NCBI GenBank assembly: GCA_037447435.1
Contig: JBBIGR010000001.1
Coordinates: 192,001-256,000 of the forward strand
Length of the DNA stretch: 64,000 nucleotides
Origin: Fibrobacteria bacterium
Lineage (GTDB): Bacteria; Fibrobacterota; Chitinivibrionia; Chitinivibrionales; FEN-1185
Reading direction: 5' to 3'
Part shown: piece after piece, positions 9,997 to 18,699 of the stretch
Layout of the letters: each line of letters starts with the position of its first letter
Position numbering within the stretch: position 1 is the first letter of the stretch
Made by a program: the position numbers and the translations under genes
Notes under the pieces: generated by a model
Database searches by the model: none
Told to the model about the DNA's origin: nothing
The model's input: only the letters and a program-made list of their open reading frames with translations

Positions 9997-11925
9997 TTAG
10001 TTCGTAACCTTGACTCTTGAGACACCGGTAAGAACGCGGCCGTCTGCAAGGGTAAGGGTTGTTTTAAACGTGTGCAAACCAAGGTAGTTCGTACCGGGGA
10101 AAGCTGCGACAACTGCACTCATGGGAATCTGAGGAGCCTTAAGCCACATTCCGCCGCAAGCGATTGCGCCGTTGTTGGCTACGAACATGGGAATAACAGA
10201 GCTGGAAACATCGTAACCGTCGATAAGAACCGATGCGCCAACAGGAACTGCCGTCGGGTCGTTGATCATATAGGTGAGGTCGATGCTGCTGTTGATCGGG
10301 ACAATTGCACTTGCAGGGAATGTGGACAAATTGCCGGTGAGGCAACCTGCTTGTGACAATTTTGTCCAACCGTCGCACCATAAATCGGAGCTGTTGAAAG
10401 CACCGACATAAGGAGCAGGTGTGAAGAAAGGATCGGAAGGAGTAGCAACGTTGTTCGTGAAAACAGGGCTGCCTGCACAAGGACGGGGATCCAAAGCAGG
10501 GAAACCGAATTCACGGGAAACTCCGCGAAGCATAGGATCTACACCGCAAAAGCATTTGTTTGCGGAATTTTTAAGATATGCAATTGAGTTTGCAACAACT
10601 GCAGGAGTTGTCGTGACATCATTATCTCTGGAAACAAGGCTGTCCCAAATCTGAACCTGATTGCAATTGAAAGTCATGAGACCTTTCCATGTGGGTCCAT
10701 TGACATCACCGATTGCAGCTTGGCCGGATCCGTATGCGCCACCTAATGTCGAATCGACAAGGTCATGGCTTCTCATCCAGAAACAATATTTCGTTCCATC
10801 AAGAAGCAAGCAGTTTGTGTATGTACCTTTTAATGAATCGGCAATCTGAACCTGGTATTTGCAGCCATAGTTCTGATCGTTTGCATTGTTCGTGGAATAT
10901 TTTCCGCTGCTGATCATTGTCAAGTTGGCCATCTGAGGATTTGCAGTGAATCTGTCGACAAATGTCTTCTTGCCATCCCATTCGCCTGTGCGATTGCCCA
11001 TCCAGTTGAGTTCTGTTGCAAAGTAGAATTGAACTTTGCCAGAATATCCCTGGTCGATATCGAGCTGATCATCGTCGCAGAAAGAAATACAAATGTATTT
11101 AAGATTGACTGTACCGCCGAAACATTCGATGGCATCGTCGTAGTTGGACATGACTTCAAGATGGTCCATTGTTGTTCCTGCGCCAACTCCGTAAAGGCTG
11201 ATACCATTGATTTCGGAGTTAGTGGCGCGTCCGCAACCGCCATGACGAACGGAAACATATTCATATTCTCCGGAATTGTCATTAGGATCATCACCTTTAC
11301 CAAAGGTAAGGGTAGAATCCGGTTCGTATGTAGCCATACCTTCCATGCTCGGATAGCGAGTAACGGTTTTGCCTGTCAAAGGGTTTGTCGGCAAAGCCAT
11401 TCCATTGGGCCATGCATTTGAAACCGGTGCAAGGCCTTTGATGATGAGTCCGCCCCACATACCCTTAACGCCAGGTCCAAAGTTCGTGATATCACGGAAA
11501 TCATCACCGAAACCGGTCATGACGATTGTGGAATCTTTTTTGCCAACCATATGGGCTTTTCCACCTTCCATGATTATCAAGGAAGTTCCGTAAATAACCG
11601 CAATTGAATCAAGCTGAGCTGACGTTCCGCCAACGATCCAGTTACCAGGCGTTACTGTAAGCTGTCCGTAAACTTTAACATCTCTGTCCAAATAAATGGC
11701 TTTTCCGTCTGCGCCGTCCCAAGTAACCGATGATCCTACCGGAATATCGGCTGAAACGTGATGATAGGCAAGTTCTTTACCAGGCAATGAATTGATACTG
11801 GCAAGAGCTTTGCAGCCAGGCGCCGGAACATGGTCTACCCATGTTGGTGTTGTACCTTGAGCAAAAACGGTCCCTGCAAGGGTTGCCGAGAAAGCAAGGC
11901 CCTTTAATAAATTACTGAAATTCAT
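9997..11925 (-). CDS. Secreted beta-helix-like protein of the G.WGGLII.G.A / DNSG..EYV / DDAIECFGG family
   Basis: Signal peptide ending VFA-Q; family motifs GMWGGLIIKGLAP, DNSGEYEYVSVRHGG, EINGISLYGVGAGT, DDAIECFGGTV, DDDQLDIDQGYSG; AGGAGG RBS before ATG 11925. Confidence 0.75.
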   Translation of the reverse strand: MNFSNLLKGLAFSATLAGTVFAQGTTPTWVDHVPAPGCKALASINSLPGKELAYHHVSADIPVGSSVTWDGADGKAIYLDRDVKVYGQLTVTPGNWIVGGTSAQLDSIAVIYGTSLIIMEGGKAHMVGKKDSTIVMTGFGDDFRDITNFGPGVKGMWGGLIIKGLAPVSNAWPNGMALPTNPLTGKTVTRYPSMEGMATYEPDSTLTFGKGDDPNDNSGEYEYVSVRHGGCGRATNSEINGISLYGVGAGTTMDHLEVMSNYDDAIECFGGTVNLKYICISFCDDDQLDIDQGYSGKVQFYFATELNWMGNRTGEWDGKKTFVDRFTANPQMANLTMISSGKYSTNNANDQNYGCKYQVQIADSLKGTYTNCLLLDGTKYCFWMRSHDLVDSTLGGAYGSGQAAIGDVNGPTWKGLMTFNCNQVQIWDSLVSRDNDVTTTPAVVANSIAYLKNSANKCFCGVDPMLRGVSREFGFPALDPRPCAGSPVFTNNVATPSDPFFTPAPYVGAFNSSDLWCDGWTKLSQAGCLTGNLSTFPASAIVPINSSIDLTYMINDPTAVPVGASVLIDGYDVSSSVIPMFVANNGAIACGGMWLKAPQIPMSAVVAAFPGTNYLGLHTFKTTLTLADGRVLTGVSRVKVTN

Positions 11926-12263
11926 GAAAATCCTCCTGCTTGAGAGTTGTTTGATAAAAACGAGAGAAAACATACAGATGAAAGAATTGTCAAAAAGACC
12001 CGAATTCTTTTAGGCAATTCAAAGAAAATTTTCCTCTGTGCCTCCTTTCCTGAAAAGTCTACAACCAAACATTTTATTTGGCAGAAGATAAACTTCCCCA
12101 TAGGGTAAATAAACTTGCTTACTTAAAAAATGAGTTTCGATTATTAAATTATGATGAAAATTTGCATAGAATTTTGATATGAAACGCCTTTTTTACCAAA
12201 TTCCATTTTACGCAAAAAACCTGGCTTTACGGCGAATTTGCGTGCTCAGTGGATAAAAATTTT

Positions 12264-12668
12264 CTATTCCTGGCAAACATAGTCAAGTATTAATAACGAA
12301 TCGGCCAACCTCTGCGCATTGCCGGATATTTTAAATGTGGAGCTTTTCATGTTCCTGAACGTGTTCCATAATGATTCAGTGCTTTGATGTTTCAGATTAT
12401 ACAGTTTTCCTGTTGATAAATAAATACTGTAACCGGATTTTGCATTATCGATGAGCGTTTGTTTTTTAAGTTTTGGTAAAAATACCGAAAGACTGTCTTT
12501 GTTGTTTTTTAATGAAATATTGTCTATGATTGTGCCGGAAAATTTAATGATAATAGGGGCGTTCTTTTTTTTAGGATCAATTTTATATTCAATGCCGGAA
12601 GCAAACACCGAAACATAACTAATTGAAATAACAAGAAGGGAAAAAAACAGGACATTCATTTTATGCAT
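12264..12668 (-). CDS. Hypothetical small exported protein
   Basis: 134-aa ORF with signal peptide (..VSVFA-S); AAGGTG RBS; AT-rich. Confidence 0.55.
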   Translation of the reverse strand: MHKMNVLFFSLLVISISYVSVFASGIEYKIDPKKKNAPIIIKFSGTIIDNISLKNNKDSLSVFLPKLKKQTLIDNAKSGYSIYLSTGKLYNLKHQSTESLWNTFRNMKSSTFKISGNAQRLADSLLILDYVCQE

Positions 12669-12708
12669 GATAGCACCTTTGTATAAAGTGAAGACTTTTT
12701 AATATTAG

Positions 12709-13917
12709 TTATTTAGCATTTGAAACGATTCGCGATGCGTGACCGATTCCTGACCCTTCAACTTTTATATAAATGCCTGCCGGTAAAACAGGTATCCTAC
12801 CGTTTGCGGCATTGGTTGAGATTTCGGTAATTTTTCTTCCGGAAACCGTATAATATTTCACAGGGACGTTTATTTGGCCGGGAATTGTCCGGGCCGGCCT
12901 CTGTATCACGGAAATCGCCGGCAATGAATTTGCCCATAAATCGGCATGATGTAAATTGCCGGTTGCGACTTTTGCCTCGGATATTACCTTTACCAAAGAC
13001 GTATCGGTCTTGACAATTTCGATGTCGCCGGTCCCGTTATCCGCATCGGCCGCATTTATCACGGTTAAAAACATTGTCGGAATATAACTAGCCATGCGAA
13101 GTTCACTGAATCTGGCCACAGCCGTTACCAACGGAACCGGATCAGTGAAATCGGGGCCCATTACTTCCCATGCATTGTGGTCTGCGGTTGTCTTGACAAG
13201 ACGATAGGAATTGTCGTACGGCATTGTCGGCCAGCACCCTTCGGGATTGCCGGCAAGAAAATGTCCGGTCGCGTCATCCACTTCGAGCGGCGCACCGCCG
13301 CCCCCGAACGGTCCCATGCATCCTGCAAATGCATTGGCGTCGGCAGAAATCCTCAGCCAGTTAACCACGGTCGGCTGCTGATGGAACACCAAAGAGGATT
13401 TTGTGGTATCGTCAAGATCTATTTTGCAAATCGAATTCCCGTCGGATTCATATAAACCATGACCTTTTGCATAAATCGCATATTCTTTTCCGGTCACCGG
13501 ATCTATCCATAAGCAAGCAGTCATGCCGTTTGCAACTTTGCGTGGCGTAGCGTTTTTCGTCCAATCCACTATATACGTAGTTCCGGAATATTGCGAGACT
13601 AAGGTCGTGTATACGACGCGGTTTCCTTCGTGCGTGATAAGAGGATTTTGGTAATTGCCTTTTGCGGTTTGTAATGTTTCTTCAACTCCTACATCGCTAT
13701 TTACACCGACAAGAAGTTCATCGGTCCAGAAATCCGTGGTTGGGAAATCCCTTGCATGAGAACTGTCGCATCTGGCATAAACAATCTTTGCCTTTGAAGC
13801 GCCGGTAATTGTTTTTAATTGTGTTGCAAGGGGCGTATCGGCAGCCTGGAGAAAAACTGCAGATGTTAAAAGACCCAAAATCGCTATCATATACTTTCGG
13901 ATTTCGGTTTTTATCAT
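12709..13917 (-). CDS. Secreted beta-propeller/TolB-like protein with T9SS-like C-terminal tail
   Basis: Signal peptide; NPLITHEGNRVVY propeller-like blade; tail VKYYTVSGRKI...LPAGIYIKV. Confidence 0.6.
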   Translation of the reverse strand: MIKTEIRKYMIAILGLLTSAVFLQAADTPLATQLKTITGASKAKIVYARCDSSHARDFPTTDFWTDELLVGVNSDVGVEETLQTAKGNYQNPLITHEGNRVVYTTLVSQYSGTTYIVDWTKNATPRKVANGMTACLWIDPVTGKEYAIYAKGHGLYESDGNSICKIDLDDTTKSSLVFHQQPTVVNWLRISADANAFAGCMGPFGGGGAPLEVDDATGHFLAGNPEGCWPTMPYDNSYRLVKTTADHNAWEVMGPDFTDPVPLVTAVARFSELRMASYIPTMFLTVINAADADNGTGDIEIVKTDTSLVKVISEAKVATGNLHHADLWANSLPAISVIQRPARTIPGQINVPVKYYTVSGRKITEISTNAANGRIPVLPAGIYIKVEGSGIGHASRIVSNAK

Positions 13918-14250
13918 GATTGTTCCCTGTTCTATGAGATTATTCAAGTGAATTGAATGGAAAAAAACACCATTAAAATAGACCTGATTTGTTTGGATTT
14001 TCTTTGGTCTTTGTTCAAAAACCGTTAGGATTGTAGAATATCACCTCTCCGCGTGCCATTTCCTTAAATGGATAGTATAATCCTCGTTAATTACACATAG
14101 TAAACTAACAGTGTTGTTGTAATTTATTTCCTGATATTTTATGACAATTTTTGCCTTGGCTATACTTTTTAACTTAACGGAATTTTTAATGCGATTTAAA
14201 TGATATTGACGGATGTTGTATTTGTTTCTCACCTTTTTCAGGAGTGTTTC

Positions 14251-17022
14251 ATGAAAACCCCTTCAAAAAAGTTTCGCAATCGGCGAATGTTCGTTTTTTC
14301 ATTTCTTTTTCTTGTTGTAGCAATTTCACTTGCAACTGCGGTCATGGGAAGCAAGCGAAAAATCAAAGTCATGCCGCTTGGCGATTCCATCACCGGGTCA
14401 TTTGAGGGAAGCGCCAGTTACCGTTTTTGGCTATGGGAGCAACTTGTTTCCGCAGGATTTGCCGACAAAGTTGACTTTGTCGGAAAGCGATGCGGGTGCG
14501 GTGACATAAACGGGGAATGCGGCCAACCGCAATTTCCATGCAGCGTATGGCCCTGCAACCATAACGGATATCATGATCGGACAATCGGCATGATTCTCGG
14601 CATGGTGGGTAGTTTATGCGCAGTCGACACTCCGGATGTCGTTCTTCTACATCTTGGGACCAACGACATAATAAGCCCGGATGCAACCGGCGATTTATCG
14701 GTTTCCAAAAGCGAAATGGAAAGTCTGATCGACAAGATACGCGTATATAACCCGAATGTCACTATTCTTCTTTGCAAAATCATACCGTCCATTTACGACA
14801 GGGATTCGTTTCCTGTTTTCAACCGGTACATGGACCAGGTCGCGGTTGAAAAAACACAGGCAGCCTCGCCGATTGTCATTGTAGACCAATATACGGGATA
14901 CGTCCCCTGGCCAGGTCAGGACAATGATGTCGACGGCGTGCATCCCACAGAATCGGGCGAAAAGAAAATAGCCAATAAATATTTCGGTGCCCTTCTTCCC
15001 ATACTCCAGAAAATGACGGCCCTGCACGCGGTTATTGGCAATTACAAAAATGACGTCCTCACGACCGGCGGATCGCTTTATACCGTTAATGCGAAGGTCA
15101 ATGCCTATCCTCAGGTAAAGGACGTCACGATCGTTACCAACGATTCAATTCCGGTCGGTTTATGCAATAAAGTCAATGATAGCCTATATACATTTAATTG
15201 GGTAGCACCTTTATCGGGTCTGATCCCGATCAAGACTGTCGTAAGCGATTTTTGCGGACATACCGATACGTCGGTCGCAGTGCTGTTCGGCACACCAATG
15301 AACAGTTCGGCAATCGAGCTTTCGATTCCGCAAATCCAGGGCCCTATCGGAACGTCTCCGTATGAAAATCAATGGGTCAAAACAACCGGTATCGTGACTG
15401 CAATTGCAAAAGATTCAAGCGGCTTCTGGATGCAGGATTCGCTCGGAGACGGCAGCGACCTGACCTCCGATGCGATATTTGTTTCAAAAAGCAATACTGT
15501 TTCCATACCTGCGGTGAACAACGCTGTTTCGGTACGCGGTATTGTTCAGGAATATGTTGAAAAACCCGGCTGCCTTTCCGGTACCCGTTTACGCTGCGTT
15601 GATTCGATTTCCGTACTTTACAATTTCGGACGCCGTCCTGCAGCGTTGTCTGTTTCATCGGTGGAAAATTTCAATATGAATTCCATGAAATCGTCATATG
15701 CCGGTCATGAGGGAATGCTTGTTTCGTTTGATAATGTGCATATCGTTTCTCCGGGAGTCGGGGCGGCATTTTCGCCCTGGATGAACCGGTCCGGCTCAGG
15801 ATATTCCTGGTCGAACGGGGTTTTTGAAAATGAATCCCGCGGCGCGAATGTTGTGGATTACAATCCGGAAGTATTGCTTTTGGGAAACACCGCCGGCTCA
15901 CTTGGTAATGTTAGAATCAACGATACGATTTCGAACCTGACCGGAATAGTCAACTATCAAGGCGGGAATTTTTACATTCAGCCTTTAGCGGATTCCATGG
16001 TTTTTACCCGTATTATCGGTGCTGGTATGCCTTTTCCGCCGAGCCCGGTCAGTGTCCGTAACTCGGGTGCAGGATCGTTCCGCATCACAACGCTCGACTG
16101 TGACGGATTTTACGATACAATAGATACATGGAATAAAAATGACATTGTTGTCAGCGCGGCAACGTATACGACAAAACTTGCGAAGATCACCAAAGCAATA
16201 TCACAGGAACTTTTAATGCCTGCCCTGCTTTGCGTGCAGAATGTGGAAAATACGAATGTCATGAACGACATTGCCGCAAGTATCAATGCAATCGGCGGCA
16301 AGTATAAAATCGCTACCGGTCGTACGTATCTGGGTTTTTCGATCGACACGCCTTCGACACCCAATCCGAGCGGCTTGATAAACGCATTTTTATATGATTC
16401 GACAGAAATGAAACTTTCCCAGACGATTTTATTACAGGGCGGTTCTTTTGATGCCGCATTCGGCCCTGCGAGTGCTTTCCCTTGTGCGGAACCGATTGTT
16501 GGAGCATTTTCCGTCGGCGGTTCGATTCTTGCTGTTGTCAATGTAACGCTTGCGGACAAAACATCCGACCAGCCCTTTTTCATGAAAGACTGGCCGGCAT
16601 ATGAGCCGTCGAAAGCCGCCCGCATGGCGCAGGCTTCTGCGGTCCGATCCTGGATAAATAGCGTATTGTCAAGCTATCCTTCGGTGTATATGCTTATTGT
16701 CGGGGAATTTAACGATTATGGTTTTGCTGAACCGAATGATATTGCGGGTTATCCTGTTTCGATTGTTGCAGGAAATGCCGGAAAAGGCGAAACCGTTTTT
16801 TACAATGCCTATGATTATTTGCCTCAGGACACGCGCTTTACCTGCATCAGAGATGGACGCGCTCAAATGACATCGCATATCCTGATAAGCCCGAATCTTG
16901 CCGGTGCCGCCAAGGCTGTCGACGTATTGCACTTTAATTCAAAATTCGAAGATGGTTTGGCGGGCAACCCTGCCACGCCCATCAGAGTAAGCAAACATGA
17001 TGCGGTGGAAATAAGGTTTTAG
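14251..17022 (+). CDS. Secreted multidomain protein: SGNH/GDSL esterase + Ig-like + OB-fold + degenerate EEP (ExeM/NucH-like) nuclease domain
   Basis: PLGDSIT, HLGTND, DGVHP (SGNH); SIPQIQG..SPY..V.TTGIVTA..GFWMQD..GDG...TSDAIFV (YhcR-like OB); C-terminal EEP-like fold; CAGGAG RBS. Confidence 0.8.
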   Translation: MKTPSKKFRNRRMFVFSFLFLVVAISLATAVMGSKRKIKVMPLGDSITGSFEGSASYRFWLWEQLVSAGFADKVDFVGKRCGCGDINGECGQPQFPCSVWPCNHNGYHDRTIGMILGMVGSLCAVDTPDVVLLHLGTNDIISPDATGDLSVSKSEMESLIDKIRVYNPNVTILLCKIIPSIYDRDSFPVFNRYMDQVAVEKTQAASPIVIVDQYTGYVPWPGQDNDVDGVHPTESGEKKIANKYFGALLPILQKMTALHAVIGNYKNDVLTTGGSLYTVNAKVNAYPQVKDVTIVTNDSIPVGLCNKVNDSLYTFNWVAPLSGLIPIKTVVSDFCGHTDTSVAVLFGTPMNSSAIELSIPQIQGPIGTSPYENQWVKTTGIVTAIAKDSSGFWMQDSLGDGSDLTSDAIFVSKSNTVSIPAVNNAVSVRGIVQEYVEKPGCLSGTRLRCVDSISVLYNFGRRPAALSVSSVENFNMNSMKSSYAGHEGMLVSFDNVHIVSPGVGAAFSPWMNRSGSGYSWSNGVFENESRGANVVDYNPEVLLLGNTAGSLGNVRINDTISNLTGIVNYQGGNFYIQPLADSMVFTRIIGAGMPFPPSPVSVRNSGAGSFRITTLDCDGFYDTIDTWNKNDIVVSAATYTTKLAKITKAISQELLMPALLCVQNVENTNVMNDIAASINAIGGKYKIATGRTYLGFSIDTPSTPNPSGLINAFLYDSTEMKLSQTILLQGGSFDAAFGPASAFPCAEPIVGAFSVGGSILAVVNVTLADKTSDQPFFMKDWPAYEPSKAARMAQASAVRSWINSVLSSYPSVYMLIVGEFNDYGFAEPNDIAGYPVSIVAGNAGKGETVFYNAYDYLPQDTRFTCIRDGRAQMTSHILISPNLAGAAKAVDVLHFNSKFEDGLAGNPATPIRVSKHDAVEIRF

Positions 17023-17059
17023 TAACTAGATATGATCTCAACTACAACTATCCAATTGC

Positions 17060-17127
17060 GAAGGGGCCCTGCCGACCCGAGTCGACAAAGCCCCACTCTC
17101 AGACAGGAGGTCGGATTTCGGGCCTTC
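17060..17127. other. GC-rich nested stem-loop element between convergent genes
   Basis: Nested complementarity: GAAGG.GGCCC/GGGCCTTC, CCGACC/GGTCGG, GAGT/ACTC. Confidence 0.45.
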
Positions 17128-17199
17128 CTCCCAGCGTAAATATACAATCATTCCAATAAAAAACAAAGTCGGTTTACATAATGCGTTATTTGCAAGGTG

Positions 17200-18447
17200 T
17201 TACAAACAAAACCAGGGTAATGCGAGGATTTTTTCATGAAGTAGTAACGGATGCGGGCATCGGCAAATTACGTAGCCCATCGGTGAATCATTACCTTGTT
17301 CCTCAATAAACGATAAAAGGTGACGAGCGTCGGAAAGGGTAGGGTTTTCGGTCCATTTGACCTCGATCGGAATAAGAGTTGAACCTTGCTCTATAATAAA
17401 ATCGATTTCCGCGCCTGTTTTTGTTTTTTGATAATAAAGGCGTCCGGTTCCGAGATACTGAAGCCGTTTCCATAATTCGATGCCGACCCATTGTTCAAAA
17501 ACAGGGCCCGGGTCTGCACGCACCGTATCTATCGACGGGGAAAGTCCAGCAGCTGCATGGCGAACGCCGCAATCGAACACGAAAAAACGCGGCGTGGATA
17601 AAATATTCTTTCTGGTGCTTTTTGTAAAGGCCGATACGGTGAAGCCGACAAACATATCTTCAAGTAATTGATAATAGGACTTTACCGTTGGCAGTGAAAC
17701 GCCGGCTTGATTGGACACGGACGCGAAATTCATCATTTTCCCCGATTCGGCCGCGGCAAACTGTACAAATCGCAAAAAAGCGGCCCAGTCTTTGACAAAT
17801 GCTTCCCGGCGGATTTCCTCTTCGAGGTAAACCATTGCGTATGTTGTAAGAATGTCGCCGCGGATTTCTGGTTCTGCCGTGACAATACCGGGCAATGCAC
17901 CAAAAGCCAAGCGGCTTTCCAGATCCCAGCTTTCAAATTTCCCCGTAAATGTGACGTTATCTTCGATCTGCAAAGGGAGAATCTGGTTTGTTCGGACATT
18001 CGTTGGCGCAGGAAACGGAGGCTGTTCGATTGTTATAAGCGGGAAAAGACGATGCATGATACTACGGCCAGGCAGCAGATTCGTTCCGGACAATCGAAGT
18101 CGTCGCGCCGAACTTCCGCATAAGACAAATCGCCAGCGCTGTCTATCTTCATCGTACAAATATTGGACTGTATCAAAAACCGAAGGGACCGATTGCGTTT
18201 CATCGATAAAAACATATTGAGGCCCGCTGCCCTGTGGCAATGCCCGACACATTTCAGAAAGTTCCGCGGGACGAGAAATGTGGCGATTTCTTTGAACCGG
18301 ATCGGCAAAATTTATTCGAAGCGATTCTTTGGGAAGAAGAGCATTAATAAGCGTTGACTTGCCTGTTTGCCGAGCGCCAAATAAAATATGAACATAAGGC
18401 TTGGAAATAATCCCTTTTAATTTGCCGAAAAACCAGCGGTTTAACAT
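17200..18447 (-). CDS. AAA_14 ATPase with DUF4143 / PD-(D/E)XK-like C-terminal domain
   Basis: Walker A GARQTGKS, Walker B VFIDETQ, LCGSSA, LPGR, C-terminal EIDFII...IPIEVK. Confidence 0.9.
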   Translation of the reverse strand: MLNRWFFGKLKGIISKPYVHILFGARQTGKSTLINALLPKESLRINFADPVQRNRHISRPAELSEMCRALPQGSGPQYVFIDETQSVPSVFDTVQYLYDEDRQRWRFVLCGSSARRLRLSGTNLLPGRSIMHRLFPLITIEQPPFPAPTNVRTNQILPLQIEDNVTFTGKFESWDLESRLAFGALPGIVTAEPEIRGDILTTYAMVYLEEEIRREAFVKDWAAFLRFVQFAAAESGKMMNFASVSNQAGVSLPTVKSYYQLLEDMFVGFTVSAFTKSTRKNILSTPRFFVFDCGVRHAAAGLSPSIDTVRADPGPVFEQWVGIELWKRLQYLGTGRLYYQKTKTGAEIDFIIEQGSTLIPIEVKWTENPTLSDARHLLSFIEEQGNDSPMGYVICRCPHPLLLHEKILALPWFCL

Positions 18448-18469
18448 TTACAATTCCTTATTTAAACGA

Positions 18470-18523
18470 TATTTAATAGTCTAAATATAAATATGTATTT
18501 AATATTAGTAGTCTAAATATAAA
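18470..18523. repeat. 15-bp direct repeat TAGTCTAAATATAAA x2 upstream of the AAA ATPase
   Basis: Exact copies at 18477-18491 and 18509-18523; TATTTAATA also repeats at 18470 and 18496. Confidence 0.75.
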
Positions 18524-18575
18524 GTGATATTTTAGTTTAAGCAAGATTATTTTGAAAATCCTCATGTCCAGTAAC

Positions 18576-18605
18576 AAAAAAAGGGCCCTTTTTGCAAAAG
18601 GCCCT
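18576..18605 (-). terminator. Intrinsic terminator of the secreted-protein operon
   Basis: AGGGCC(C)TTTT-tgc-AAAAGGCCCT with T-tract on the minus strand; a second hairpin lies at about 18655-18689. Confidence 0.7.
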
Positions 18606-18699
18606 AATCTACGTTGGAGCAAGTTCTGAGGTATCTAAAAATGCAATTCACGCCTTTGTCCCTTCTCTTAAAAGAGAGGGGATGCAAAGCCACCCGACG

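Noticed and set aside
12121..14200. Pho-like boxes upstream of the 11925 and 14251 genes
   Set aside because: Only poor hexamers or 10/12-bp spacing were found in very AT-rich DNA.
17060..17127. Hammerhead ribozyme or TPP riboswitch (GAAA and CTGAGA on the minus strand)
   Set aside because: There is no CUGANGA core in the required position and no ACCUGAU/P4-P5 elements.
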